From: Gemmatimonadales bacterium
GTDB lineage: Bacteria > Gemmatimonadota > Gemmatimonadetes > Gemmatimonadales > GWC2-71-9
DNA: 64,000 bases
Direction of reading: 5' to 3'
NCBI GenBank assembly: GCA_965249575.1
Contig: OZ252244.1
Location: 2,176,001-2,240,000 of the forward strand
Below are positions 19,226 to 29,727 of the stretch, piece after piece. The number at the start of each line of letters is the position of its first letter. Within the stretch, counting starts at the first letter, position 1. Position numbers and translations under genes: made by a program. The notes beneath the pieces are model-generated. The model made no database searches. It worked only from the letters and a program-made list of their open reading frames with translations, and was not told the origin of the DNA.

Positions 19226-21442
19226 ATGCTTGCCATCAGCGCCGATTGGGCACGTGCGCAGGCGGTGGTAGAGGTCCAAATCGCGCCGCCCTCTGTCACC
19301 GTCAGGGTCGGCGAACGTCAGTCGGTGTTCGCGACCGCCTATGATTCACGCGGAAACGTCATCCCCGGGGTTCCCTTGAGATGGAGCAGCACGAACCTCG
19401 CGGTGCTCCGCGTGGTGCCTGACAGCACGGCTCCGGATCTCGCGACCCTGGTGGGAATCGCCCCCGGTGTCGCCCAGGTGGAGGTTCGTGCGGCAGACCG
19501 CAAGGGATCCGCCACCGTGCAGGTCGCCGCTGCTGGTGCGGGCGCGCCGGGCGCGCCTCCCGTGAGGATGCCGGTCGCGCGCGGCGGCGCGGCATCACAC
19601 CTACAGATCGATCCCAACACGGTCTACCTGCTTCCCGCTGAAGGACGGCGACTCAACCCGATCTTCCTCATGGCTGACGGCACGCCGGCGAGTCCGGCAC
19701 CCGTTACCTGGAGGTCGATGATCCCGAGCGTGGCGTCGGTGAATGCCCAAGGCGTTGTAGTCGGTTTGGGCGCGGGCCAGGGCCTCATCGAGGCCTCCGC
19801 CCCGGGGGGCTTGTCCGCGAGAGTACCGGTCCAGGTCGCGCTCAGCCGGTTTACACTGGACCAGTCAGCCGTCGCCATGTCGCCCGGCACCTTTGATTCC
19901 CTGCACGTGGTCGTTCCTGAACAAAACAACCGGCGGGTGGCGCCTGAGGCGCTACAATGGCGTACCACCGACCCCGGGGTGGTTCGGGTTTCCCCATTGG
20001 GTGTCGTTTCGGCCGGTGCGGGGGGAACAGCCGAGATCGTTGCTTCGGGGTTTCTCCAGGAAGCCCGCGTGGCGGTAACTGTCCATCGTCCGGTTGAATT
20101 CATGCAGTTCTCGCCGCCGGTAGGTACTGATACCGTGCAAATCCCGCTCGGCGGCACGCAGCACTTTCTGGCCGAGGCGCTGGCGGCGGACAATTCGCCG
20201 GTTCCGAACGCCCCCATTCGTTTCGATCTCGAGGACACCTCTGTCGTGTCGTTCGTGCCCACCACGGGCATCGCTACCGCCAAGGCGTTGGGTGTGACGA
20301 AGCTCCGGGTAAGCGGTCCGGGCGCCGGTCTAGACACGATGTGGACCGTGAGCGTCGTGGGCGGCGGACTGCTGATCCGGCCGCGCCGCATCGGTCTGTC
20401 GCGGGGCGGCAGCACGAATCTCACGGCGTCCTTCACCGATGCAGCGGGCGAGCCGATTGCCCCGGCGACGCAGGTGCGGTGGACGACATTGGATCCGAGC
20501 GTTGCGCGGGTGGACGCCGACGGAGGCGTTCTGGGCGCAGGCTACGGGAGGGCGTCCGTGGTCGCCACCACGCCGTGGGGAAGCGCCGACACCACCCGGG
20601 TCTACGTTCAGGGTGAGATCGTCGTAACCTCGCTCCGATCCGGCGCGCCGGATCTCTACGCTTTTGACCGGTCGGCGCCTGCGCTGTTGAATCCGGTAAC
20701 CAGCAGCCCGCAGTCTGAGATGTCGGCTGCCTACTCTCCGGACGGCTCCCGAATCGCCTACGTCTCCGCCGCCGCGGACGGTAATCAAGAAATCTTCCTG
20801 GTCAACGCCGATGGTACCGACCCCCTGGCCCTCACCGTGACCGCGGCGGGAGAGGATTCGCCGGATTGGTCCGCGGACGGGCGGGAGATCGTGTACGCGT
20901 CGAATGCTACGGGATCCTTCCAGATTTGGATCATGGATGCCGACGGATCTAACCCCCGCCGGCTCACGGAAGGCCCCGATTTCAACTTCCAGCCTGCGGT
21001 ATCTCCCGATGGCGAGACCATCGCCTTCACGTCCACGCGGGCGGGCAACTACGAGATCTTCATGATGGATCTCGACGGGTCGAACCAGCGCAACGCCAGC
21101 AACAGCACGGGTAAGGAGACTTCTCCCGTTTGGTTCCCCGACGGTCAGATTGCGTTCATTCGAGAAGTGGGGACCGGCAAAGAGGCGACCTCCGCCATCG
21201 TTAAGGCGGACGCCGGGACCGGTCAGCTTGCGATCCTCACGCCTCCCGGGCTCAACGTGACGGATTTTGCTCTGTCGCGTGATGGGACTCTTTTGGTGAT
21301 GACCGTCGCGGTTCCCGGGTCCGGGCGAAGCATCAACAGCCGGCTCTATCTGATTGAGCTCGGGTCGGCGCCGGCCGTGCCGGTCGAGGTGCCGGTATCC
21401 TCGCCCGAGGACCAGTTCTTCGCGCCGGCATTCAAGAGGTGA
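19226..21442 (+). CDS. Secreted protein with Ig-like (BIG2) repeats and TolB-like PD40 propeller (start uncertain, 19088-19226)
   Basis: Repeated W.S.dP.VA.V..G.V motifs; C-terminal SPDGSRIAY, WSADGREIVY, SPDGETIAF repeats. Confidence 0.85.
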   Translation: MLAISADWARAQAVVEVQIAPPSVTVRVGERQSVFATAYDSRGNVIPGVPLRWSSTNLAVLRVVPDSTAPDLATLVGIAPGVAQVEVRAADRKGSATVQVAAAGAGAPGAPPVRMPVARGGAASHLQIDPNTVYLLPAEGRRLNPIFLMADGTPASPAPVTWRSMIPSVASVNAQGVVVGLGAGQGLIEASAPGGLSARVPVQVALSRFTLDQSAVAMSPGTFDSLHVVVPEQNNRRVAPEALQWRTTDPGVVRVSPLGVVSAGAGGTAEIVASGFLQEARVAVTVHRPVEFMQFSPPVGTDTVQIPLGGTQHFLAEALAADNSPVPNAPIRFDLEDTSVVSFVPTTGIATAKALGVTKLRVSGPGAGLDTMWTVSVVGGGLLIRPRRIGLSRGGSTNLTASFTDAAGEPIAPATQVRWTTLDPSVARVDADGGVLGAGYGRASVVATTPWGSADTTRVYVQGEIVVTSLRSGAPDLYAFDRSAPALLNPVTSSPQSEMSAAYSPDGSRIAYVSAAADGNQEIFLVNADGTDPLALTVTAAGEDSPDWSADGREIVYASNATGSFQIWIMDADGSNPRRLTEGPDFNFQPAVSPDGETIAFTSTRAGNYEIFMMDLDGSNQRNASNSTGKETSPVWFPDGQIAFIREVGTGKEATSAIVKADAGTGQLAILTPPGLNVTDFALSRDGTLLVMTVAVPGSGRSINSRLYLIELGSAPAVPVEVPVSSPEDQFFAPAFKR

Positions 21443-21486
21443 TCCGCCGTTCCCCCTGCTACCTCACTGCCGAATAACCTGGCCGA

Positions 21487-22536
21487 ATGAAAGCGGTCGT
21501 CATACGAGGCCACGGCGACCGCTCGCAAATGGCGCTCACCGAAGTCGACCGGCCAGCGATAGCCGGCGATCGAGACGTGCTGGTGAACATTCGAGCAGGA
21601 GCGCTGAACCGGCTTGATCTATGGACACTTCGAGGTCTTCCGGGCATCTCGCTCACCTTCCCGCATGTGCTGGGTGGCGATGGCGCAGGCATCGTTGCCG
21701 ACGTAGGGGTTGGCGTCCATCGGGTCGCGCCAGGCGATCGGGTGATGATCAATCCGGGGCTCTCGTGCCACCGCTGCGACTGTTGCCTGGCCGGTGAGCA
21801 TTCGCTCTGCGTCCGTTATCAGCTCCTTGGCGAGCACGTGCCCGGCACGCTTGCAGAGTATGTGGTCGTCCCGGATGTGAACCTCGCGCCCGTGCCGACC
21901 CTGCCCATGCCGAATTCCGAGGTCGGGTGGCCGGAAGCGGCGGCCTTTTCACTAGTGACGTTGACTGCATGGCGCATGCTGGTGACTCGGGCGCGAGTGA
22001 GGCCCGGCGAGGTCGTGCTGATCTGGGGCATTGGGGGCGGTGTCTCGGTTACCGCGCTGCAGGTGGCGAAATTGGCCGGAGCCTTCGTGATCGCGACGTC
22101 CTCTAGCGACTCAAAGCTTGAGCGGGCGCGCACATTGGGTGCGGATGTCACGCTCAATCACGAGCGGACCGACGTTGCGAAAGAGGTTTGCGCCCAGACG
22201 GGAAAACGCGGGGCTGACGTGGTCGTGGACAACGTCGGCGAGGCCACGTGGGAGCTTTCGCTGCGCGCGCTCGGGAAGGGCGGCCGGCTGGTCTCCTGCG
22301 GTGGGACGACGGGACATCGGGTCGTGACGGATGTTCGGAGGCTATTCTGGAACCAATGGTCGATAATGGGCTCGACGATGGGCAATGTCTCCGAGTATCA
22401 GGAGATCGTCCGACTCCTCTCCCAGGGTCATCTTCGTCCGGTTCTCGATTCGGTTTACCCGTTTGACGATGCGCTCGCGGCCTTCGGGCGGCTCGAGTCT
22501 GGGGAACAAATGGGCAAGATCGCCGTCGAGATTTGA
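21487..22536 (+). CDS. Zinc-binding alcohol dehydrogenase / MDR family oxidoreductase
   Basis: CHRCDCCLAGEHSLC structural Zn site, GIGGGVS, QMGKI. Confidence 0.9.
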   Translation: MKAVVIRGHGDRSQMALTEVDRPAIAGDRDVLVNIRAGALNRLDLWTLRGLPGISLTFPHVLGGDGAGIVADVGVGVHRVAPGDRVMINPGLSCHRCDCCLAGEHSLCVRYQLLGEHVPGTLAEYVVVPDVNLAPVPTLPMPNSEVGWPEAAAFSLVTLTAWRMLVTRARVRPGEVVLIWGIGGGVSVTALQVAKLAGAFVIATSSSDSKLERARTLGADVTLNHERTDVAKEVCAQTGKRGADVVVDNVGEATWELSLRALGKGGRLVSCGGTTGHRVVTDVRRLFWNQWSIMGSTMGNVSEYQEIVRLLSQGHLRPVLDSVYPFDDALAAFGRLESGEQMGKIAVEI

Positions 22537-22583
22537 GGGCGCCTGTTGCCGGGTATTCGCACCCCCGAGACATCTGTAACCCG

Positions 22584-22612
22584 TTGAATCACAAGGAATT
22601 AAATGCCATACT
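22584..22612 (+). promoter_or_regulatory. sigma70-like promoter of gyrA
   Basis: TTGAAT-N17-CATACT with extended -10 TG at 22604-22605. Confidence 0.55.
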
Positions 22613-22658
22613 GACCATTGCCTTCCGGGTCCGATCGGAGTATCCTTCAAGGGCCTCC

Positions 22659-22683
22659 GGGGGAGTTGACGGCCCCCTTTTTT
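22659..22683 (+). terminator. Intrinsic-terminator-like hairpin upstream of gyrA
   Basis: GGGGG-AGTTGACGG-CCCCC followed by TTTTTT. Confidence 0.45.
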
Positions 22684-22701
22684 CTTCAGACTTGGAATCC
22701 G

Positions 22702-25215
22702 ATGTCCTCACCAATTCAGCGGGAACGCATCCTGCCGCGCCTGATCGAAGACGAGATGCGGGAATCGTTCATCGACTATTCGATGAGCGTGATCGTCCAG
22801 CGGGCGCTTCCGGACGTTCGCGACGGCCTCAAGCCGGTGCACCGCCGGATCCTGTATGCCATGAACGAACTCGGGTTGATCCCGGGGCGGCCGTACAAGA
22901 AGTCTGCGACGGTCGTCGGAGACGTGCTGGGTAAGTACCACCCCCATGGTGACACGGCTGTCTACGACTCGCTCGTACGCATGGTGCAGGATTTCTCCCT
23001 CCGGTATCCGCTCATCGATGGACAGGGTAATTTCGGCTCCGTAGACGGGGATAGCGCGGCGGCATATCGGTACACGGAGGCACGGCTGACGCCGCTGGCG
23101 CTGGCGTTGTTGTCGGATATCGATGAGAACACCGTCGACTTTTCCCCCAACTTCGACGATAGGCTCGAAGAGCCCACCGTTCTCCCGGCAACGTTTCCCA
23201 ACCTATTGGTCAATGGGTCGTCGGGCATCGCCGTCGGGATGGCGACCAACATCCCGCCCCACAACCTGGGTGAAGTCGTCGATGCGATCCGGCACCTCAT
23301 CGATGATCCGGACTGCGACGTCGGGTCGCTTCGCGAGAACATTCACGGCCCCGATTTCCCGACGGGCGGCTACATCTACGGGCGGGACGGCATCAAGGAG
23401 TGCTATGAGACCGGTCGCGGGCGGATCATCATGCGCGCCCGGGCGCGGATCGAGGAGCGGGAGTCCTCGGGGAGATCGCAGATCGTCATCACGGAGATCC
23501 CGTTTCAGGTCAATAAGTCCCGACTGGTCGAGCAGATCGCCGACCTCGTCCGCGCAAAGCGCGTGACGGATATCAGCGACTTGCGCGATGAGTCCGACCG
23601 TGATGGGATGCGGGTTGTCGTGGAACTGAAGCGGGATGCCAATCCGACGATCGTGCTGAATCAACTGTATAAGCACACGCAGATGCAGGCCACCTTCGGA
23701 TCGATCATGCTCGCGTTGGTCGGGGGCGTGCCGAGGGTCATGAACCTGAAAGAGCTGCTGCAACCCTTCGTCGACCATCGGCACGAGGTCGTGACCCGGC
23801 GCACGGAGTTCGAGCGTGAGCAGGCTGAGGCGCGTGAGCACATCCTCCAAGGGCTGAAGGTCGCGGTCGACAGCATCGACGAGGTGATCGAGATCATTCG
23901 AGGATCAGCCACCACGCCGGCGGCGGACGAGGCGCTCCGCGAGCGATTCGAGCTGTCTGAGAAGCAGAGCGAGGCCATTCTCAACATGCGCCTGGCGCGC
24001 CTGACCGCGCTCGAAGTCGACAAGCTCCAGGAGGAGCTCACCGAGATCGCCAAGCTCATTCGCAAACTCAAGGCGATCCTCGGATCCCACCCCAAGCGAA
24101 TGTCGATCATCAAGGATGAGCTGACGGAACTGGTAAAGCGATTCGGCGACGAGCGGCGCACGGAGATCGTTGCCGACCAGCAAGACTTCAGTATCGAAGA
24201 TCTGATCGCTGAAGAAGATATGGTCATCACGGTTTCGCACGCCGGCTACATCAAGCGGATCCCAGTGAGCACGTACCGTCGGCAGCGCCGGGGTGGGCGG
24301 GGGCTCAATGGGATGGGCACCAAGGAAGACGATTGGGTGGAGCATCTCTTCGTGGCGTCGACGCACGATTACGTGCTCTTTTTCACACAGAGCGGCCAGC
24401 TGTATTGGCTCAAGGTCTATGACATTCCGCAGGGCGGCCGAGCCGCCCGAGGGAAACCCGTCGTCAACCTGATCCAGATCCGACCTTCCGAACGGATCGC
24501 GGCCTTCGTGGCCGTCCGGGAGTTCACTGATGCGAAGTATGTCGTGTTCGCCACGGCCAACGGAACCGTGAAAAAGACCGTGCTGTCGGCGTACGGGAAC
24601 CCTCGGGCCAACGGCATCAAGGCGATCAATATCGAGTCTGGGGATGAGTTAATCGATGTGCAGATCACCGATGGAACGAACGACGTGGTGTTGGCGACGA
24701 AGAACGGGATGAGCATTCGCTTCGCCGAAAAAGACGTACGCGAGATGGGAAGGGCGACGGCCGGGGTGCGCGGCATCGAACTCGTGGCGGACGACCGCAT
24801 GATAGGTATGGTCGTCGTGCGCCGGGACGCAACATTGCTCGTGGTATCGGAGCGGGGTCTGGGTAAACGTTCGGTGCTCGGGGACTACCGCGTCCAAAGA
24901 CGTGGTGGAAAAGGAATCATTACGCTGAAGCGAACCGACAAAACCGGTTCCATCGTCGCGCTGAAGGAAGTGCTGCCTGATGACGAGTTGATGATCATCA
25001 CCCGCCATGGTGTGATCATCCGGCTCCCGGTCGAAGGCATTCGGGTCATCGGCCGGAATACGCAGGGCGTGCGGGTCATGAACCTCGGGTCCGGCGATTC
25101 CGTCGTCGACGTAGCTCGCGTGATCAAGGAAGACGACGTCGGCCCGGAAGGCGTGCAAGGCGAGGCAGATACCGCCGTGACGACGGGGGAGGAGCAGCGC
25201 CAGCTCGACATGTAG
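22702..25215 (+). CDS. gyrA: DNA gyrase subunit A
   Basis: [32 protein letters not shown], GyrA box QRRGGRG, C-terminal pinwheel repeats. Confidence 0.97.
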   Translation: MSSPIQRERILPRLIEDEMRESFIDYSMSVIVQRALPDVRDGLKPVHRRILYAMNELGLIPGRPYKKSATVVGDVLGKYHPHGDTAVYDSLVRMVQDFSLRYPLIDGQGNFGSVDGDSAAAYRYTEARLTPLALALLSDIDENTVDFSPNFDDRLEEPTVLPATFPNLLVNGSSGIAVGMATNIPPHNLGEVVDAIRHLIDDPDCDVGSLRENIHGPDFPTGGYIYGRDGIKECYETGRGRIIMRARARIEERESSGRSQIVITEIPFQVNKSRLVEQIADLVRAKRVTDISDLRDESDRDGMRVVVELKRDANPTIVLNQLYKHTQMQATFGSIMLALVGGVPRVMNLKELLQPFVDHRHEVVTRRTEFEREQAEAREHILQGLKVAVDSIDEVIEIIRGSATTPAADEALRERFELSEKQSEAILNMRLARLTALEVDKLQEELTEIAKLIRKLKAILGSHPKRMSIIKDELTELVKRFGDERRTEIVADQQDFSIEDLIAEEDMVITVSHAGYIKRIPVSTYRRQRRGGRGLNGMGTKEDDWVEHLFVASTHDYVLFFTQSGQLYWLKVYDIPQGGRAARGKPVVNLIQIRPSERIAAFVAVREFTDAKYVVFATANGTVKKTVLSAYGNPRANGIKAINIESGDELIDVQITDGTNDVVLATKNGMSIRFAEKDVREMGRATAGVRGIELVADDRMIGMVVVRRDATLLVVSERGLGKRSVLGDYRVQRRGGKGIITLKRTDKTGSIVALKEVLPDDELMIITRHGVIIRLPVEGIRVIGRNTQGVRVMNLGSGDSVVDVARVIKEDDVGPEGVQGEADTAVTTGEEQRQLDM

Positions 25216-25460
25216 AGTGCCGCCCTATCCCTTTCCTACCAGCCGTTTACATTCAACGGTCCCGCGGGATGGAGAGGGTGGCGCGTTCGTTGGAGCGGTC
25301 ACCGCGTCCAGGTCGCCCGGCGCAGGGTGAGTCCGCGGGCCGCTGGTTCGGGCTTCACCGAGTGCGGTTGACCTCGGCCTCAGCGCCGAAGGGCGCTTTC
25401 GCGGGTGGCCTCTTGTTATGAGTCGAGGCCCAGCTCAAGACGGCTCGCCAGTACAAGGAA

Positions 25461-26564
25461 ATGCGCGAGGCGGCGCGTCAAAACGAGGAAGCACGCATCA
25501 AGGCGGAGGAATCGGCCAAGGTACACGCAGAGGAAGCCCGCACGCGTGCCGAAATGGTGGACATCCTTCGCGAGGTGACCGACTCGCTCAAGGCGGAGGA
25601 GATCTACCACATCTTGGCGCGCCGTGTGGCGCGGGTGTTGAGCATTTCCAAGTGTTCGATCGTGATCGCTCAGGCGGGTGACGAATCCGGTATCGTCGTG
25701 GCCGCCTTCGAGAACCCGATGCTCCGGAACCTGCAAATCCAGCTGAAGCGCTATCCCGAGATACGCGAGGCGCTCAAGACCAACAAGCCCGTGCTGGTGT
25801 CGGACGTTTTCACCGAGGCCCTATACGAGGAGGTTCGGCAGGAGTGGGCTCACGAAGGCATCGAAGTCACCACACGGTCGGCGCTTGCCCTGCCCTTTAC
25901 GCTGAGGGGGAAGCGATCTGGGGTATTCTTCCTTCGAACCACTGCAGAGGATCCGCACCTCACGGACGCCCATGCCGAGTTCGCAGAGCGAGTCATCGAC
26001 GCCGCCGTGTCGGCCATTGAAAAGGCCTACGATCTCCAGACGGTAGTCTCCGACAAGGAGCGCTACGAGCGGCTGGCGAATATCGACGCGCTCACAGGTT
26101 GCTTCAATCGGCGTGCGTTACACGAGCGACTCGACCGAGAGTTGGATCGGGCCCGGCGCTATCGGTTCGCGCTCACGATCATGATGATCGACCTCGACCG
26201 TTTCAAGGAAGTAAACGATAGTCGCGGCCATCTGGCCGGCGACAGCGTGCTCCGGCAGATCGGTGAGATCCTCCGTGGTGAGGCGCGGTCCGTGGACGTC
26301 GTTGCTCGGTATGGAGGCGAGGAGTTCGCGATCGTGCTGCCGGAAACCGGGCTGGATGGCGCCATGATCTTCGCCGAGCGGGTTCGGGCGCGAGTCGCGG
26401 TCCACAACTTCGCTGACGAGAACAAGCCGCTACGAGCGACCGTATCCGTCGGAGTGTCGATGTTCCCGGACGAAGCGGTCGATTCCGTCGAATCCCTGAT
26501 CGCGAAGGCCGACGGGGCCCTGTATCGGGCGAAGGACGAGGGCCGTAATCTGGTGAGGCGATGA
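25461..26564 (+). CDS. GAF-GGDEF diguanylate cyclase, probably lacking its N-terminal domain
   Basis: DALTGCFNRR, DLDRFKEVND, RSVD I-site, RYGGEEF; GAF domain upstream. Confidence 0.9.
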   Translation: MREAARQNEEARIKAEESAKVHAEEARTRAEMVDILREVTDSLKAEEIYHILARRVARVLSISKCSIVIAQAGDESGIVVAAFENPMLRNLQIQLKRYPEIREALKTNKPVLVSDVFTEALYEEVRQEWAHEGIEVTTRSALALPFTLRGKRSGVFFLRTTAEDPHLTDAHAEFAERVIDAAVSAIEKAYDLQTVVSDKERYERLANIDALTGCFNRRALHERLDRELDRARRYRFALTIMMIDLDRFKEVNDSRGHLAGDSVLRQIGEILRGEARSVDVVARYGGEEFAIVLPETGLDGAMIFAERVRARVAVHNFADENKPLRATVSVGVSMFPDEAVDSVESLIAKADGALYRAKDEGRNLVRR

Positions 26565-27640
26565 GCACTCGTCGGTGCCCGAGGTGCGGGAGCGTGTACA
26601 CCGGAGAGGCCCGCTTCTGCGCCAAGGACGGTAGTCCCCTTGTCGACGTCGCTCCGGGATCGGTCAAGACCCCACCTGCGGCGAAGTCGTTCGAGGGGTC
26701 TGCCACGGCAGCTCGACATGCGACCCCGCGGGCAGCGACCAGTAAGGACAAGGCTGCCTCGCTGTCGAGCCAGGTGTTGGATTCACGCTATCAGGTTCTC
26801 CGAAAACTGGGCGAGGGCGGCATGCCCTACGTCTACGAGGCCCGAGCGCTGGGAAGCGGTGATTCCGTAGCGATCAAGGTGCTCAGCCCTAAGCTGAGTG
26901 CCGATCAGAGTTCCGTTGAGCGCTTGCGTCGCGAAGCCGGTCTCGCCATGCGACTCGATCACCCAAACGTCTGCCGGATCATCCGATTGGGCGAGACCGA
27001 GGACGGCCTCATCTATCTGGTCATGCCCTACCTTCGCGGGGAGTTACTGTCAGACCGCGAGGTCAAGGTGGGCCCAATGGAGGCCGAGCCGGGCGTGACC
27101 ATCCTGGCGCAGGTCTGTGCTGGTTTACATCAAGCGCACCAACTCCACATCGTGCACCGCGATCTCAAACCCGAGAACATCATGCTGGTGCCGAAGGATG
27201 ACGGCGGGGACGAAGCCGTAGTGATGGACTTCGGGCTCGCCAAGGAAAACCGGGCCGACCCCAGTATGGCCAAGCTCACGGCGACCGGTATCATCCTGGG
27301 GACACCTGAGTTCATGAGCCCCGAGCAGATCCGCGGTAAGACGCTGGATGCCCGGAGTGACGTCTACGCGCTGGGGATCGTGGGTTTTGAGTTGTTCACC
27401 GGCAAGCTCCCCTTCCAGGGGAGGAACGCGCAAGAGATGATGATTGCGCGCCTGCGAGGGCAGCCCACGCCGCTCGAGCAGTTTCGAACTGATTTCCCGC
27501 CCAAGTTAGAGCGAGCCCTGATGAAATCGCTCGAAGCGAATCCGGACAACCGCTATCGGACCGCACTCGACTTCGGGCTCGCGTTGGCGGAGTCTCTCGG
27601 ACCTGACACGTTGGCGAAGCTCCAACCCGTGCTGCAGTAA
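26561..27640 (+). CDS. Hanks-type Ser/Thr protein kinase with N-terminal Zn-ribbon
   Basis: CPRC..FCAKDG, LGEGG, VAIK, HRDLKPEN, DFG, GTPEFMSPEQ. Confidence 0.93.
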   Translation: MSTRRCPRCGSVYTGEARFCAKDGSPLVDVAPGSVKTPPAAKSFEGSATAARHATPRAATSKDKAASLSSQVLDSRYQVLRKLGEGGMPYVYEARALGSGDSVAIKVLSPKLSADQSSVERLRREAGLAMRLDHPNVCRIIRLGETEDGLIYLVMPYLRGELLSDREVKVGPMEAEPGVTILAQVCAGLHQAHQLHIVHRDLKPENIMLVPKDDGGDEAVVMDFGLAKENRADPSMAKLTATGIILGTPEFMSPEQIRGKTLDARSDVYALGIVGFELFTGKLPFQGRNAQEMMIARLRGQPTPLEQFRTDFPPKLERALMKSLEANPDNRYRTALDFGLALAESLGPDTLAKLQPVLQ

Positions 27641-27672
27641 CCGGGGCTCGGAGATTCGACCGCACCCCCCAG

Positions 27673-28548
27673 TCAGGGCCGCTCGAACAATTTCTGGGGA
27701 AGGTCCGGGTTGATCACGACGTCGGAGATGACGAGCGCCTTCGTCCGCTTGCCGGATGTCGTGATCCAGTCGCGCCGGGTGACGACAGGATAGTCGATAT
27801 CACCGAAGCGGCCGGTCTCACCCCACACCACGCGGTGGAGGTCGGTGCGCCCTTCTTCAACGTAAGTCACTTCTGTTGGGAAGCCCCGGTTGGGCGCGAA
27901 ATAGTAACTGAAAACGTCTTGGTGCTCGCCAACGTTGACGCCGAACGAGACTCGTAGCGCGTGATATCGAGTCGCAGGGGCGCCCCGCCGTGGCCGCTCG
28001 AAACCGGCACCCATCGCACCTGGGCGGCCCCGCACCCCATCGTAGGAGAGGAGCACACCGTCGTCACGCAGCTTGAAGGGAAGGCCAAACCAGTAGAACA
28101 CATCTCGCGATACGTAGAGTGCCTCGCGGGTGTCCTTTGCAGAGTCGGGGAGGATATCGCCGTTGACCGCAGCCCAGACCCGGCGTCCGTCGAAGCCCTG
28201 CTGGATGAGGCCGGCCGCTTCGTACCGCTCGATGCGCGATTCCTCACCGTGCGGGCCCTTCTTGATCCAGACGTAACGGGGGCGCGTCCGCTGCAAGCGT
28301 CCGGTCAGCGTGTCGTACCACACCGTGGTGACGGTAAAGGTCGCGGACTGGAAACGCTGGTAGGTTTCCATGCCCCCCACCGAGTCGATCCATGTGGTGA
28401 GGAGGGAGTCCGGATCGGACGCCGTCGCCTGGACTGGCTGCGCGCCGCTGGGGTACGGTGGGGTCGGCGAAAAGACGGCGACGAGCATGAGACTCGCCGC
28501 GACACGCGTTGCGGCTCCACTACCAATGGTTCGTTGCACTCTCGTCAC
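27673..28548 (-). CDS. Hypothetical exported protein (start uncertain)
   Basis: Signal-like N-terminus; beta-rich GFDG..W and FYWFGLPFKL segments. Confidence 0.65.
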   Translation of the reverse strand: MTRVQRTIGSGAATRVAASLMLVAVFSPTPPYPSGAQPVQATASDPDSLLTTWIDSVGGMETYQRFQSATFTVTTVWYDTLTGRLQRTRPRYVWIKKGPHGEESRIERYEAAGLIQQGFDGRRVWAAVNGDILPDSAKDTREALYVSRDVFYWFGLPFKLRDDGVLLSYDGVRGRPGAMGAGFERPRRGAPATRYHALRVSFGVNVGEHQDVFSYYFAPNRGFPTEVTYVEEGRTDLHRVVWGETGRFGDIDYPVVTRRDWITTSGKRTKALVISDVVINPDLPQKLFERP

Positions 28549-28628
28549 CCGCTTGCCCTTGTGGCCTTGCCTGGAAATACTAGGCGCCTCATTCACGCAA
28601 ATCAACACGCCCGACGCAGCGACTGCAA

Positions 28629-29717
28629 ATGAAACGGTATCCTGCATTTGATCCGCCCGAATATGTGACCTGGAGTCCCGGGAACCGGCTGGTCGAGCGG
28701 TTTCGCGACACCTGGGCCTCAGATCCGGCCCGACGCGAGATCGTCACCGGGCTGGATCGCGCGGCCAAACTCCAGCTTTACGCTGGAATGGTGCGGACCC
28801 GCCTCCACGATATCATGCTCAAACGGTGGGTCCGGCAAGGCGTCATCTCGAAGGCGTGGCTTGGCACGGGAGAGGAGGCCGTCACCGTCGGCCCTGTGCA
28901 CGCGCTCAACCTGGACCGCGACTTGGTCGCGCCGATGATCCGGAATGCCGGGGCTTGCTGCGAGATGGGTATGTCGGTGGCAGACATGCTGCGGGGGTAC
29001 CTCGGAACCGCGGACTCGCCGTCGAAGGGCCGCGACGGACACGTGGGGAGCTTCGCCCATCGCGTCCTCCAGCCGATATCGAACATCGGCAACATGCCGC
29101 CCGTCGCGGCGGGACTTGCCCTCGCCGTTCAGGCCCGTAAGGAGCCCACCGTAATTCTGACGTGGATCGGCGACGGCTCCGTGAAGTCAGGACCTACCCA
29201 CGAAGCGCTCAACTTCGCCGCGGTGCAACGGCTCCCGGTCATCTGGATCATTCAGAACAATCAAGTGGCGCTGGGCACGCGGATCGACCAGCATCACCTG
29301 CCCGAAGGGTTCGCCGGGCTAAGCGAGGCCTACGGTTGCGCCGGGTGGTCGGTCGACGGCAATAATGTGCTCGATGCCTATGCCGCGACGAGGCTTGCGG
29401 CCGATCGCTGCCGCCAGGGCAAAGGGCCGGTCATCATCGATGCCGAGACGTTCCGCATGGGCGGACACGCGACGCACGACGAGCAGGAAGCGCGGCGGAC
29501 GTTCCCACCAGACCTCTTCGAGCGATGGGGGCGGCGGGATCCAATCGGCTGCTACGAGGAATACCTCAAGGCCGAAGGTGTCACGGCCGGTGCTCTGGAG
29601 CAGATCGAAGCCGACGTCACCGCCGACGTGGACCGGGCCGCCGAAGCCGCGCTCGAAAGCCGTACGAGCAACATGCCCCGGCCGGAGGATGCGCTCCTGC
29701 ACGTCTATCGAGACTAA
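28629..29717 (+). CDS. TPP-dependent 2-oxoacid dehydrogenase E1 alpha-like subunit
   Basis: GEEA, GDG...EALNFA...NN TPP motif, VDGNNV, RMGGHATHD. Confidence 0.9.
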   Translation: MKRYPAFDPPEYVTWSPGNRLVERFRDTWASDPARREIVTGLDRAAKLQLYAGMVRTRLHDIMLKRWVRQGVISKAWLGTGEEAVTVGPVHALNLDRDLVAPMIRNAGACCEMGMSVADMLRGYLGTADSPSKGRDGHVGSFAHRVLQPISNIGNMPPVAAGLALAVQARKEPTVILTWIGDGSVKSGPTHEALNFAAVQRLPVIWIIQNNQVALGTRIDQHHLPEGFAGLSEAYGCAGWSVDGNNVLDAYAATRLAADRCRQGKGPVIIDAETFRMGGHATHDEQEARRTFPPDLFERWGRRDPIGCYEEYLKAEGVTAGALEQIEADVTADVDRAAEAALESRTSNMPRPEDALLHVYRD

Positions 29718-29727
29718 TGAACGCGCC

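Noticed and set aside
25419..25421. In-frame UGA before the GGDEF gene as a third selenocysteine
   Set aside because: The position corresponds to Arg in receiver-domain tails rather than Cys, and there is no convincing SECIS hairpin.
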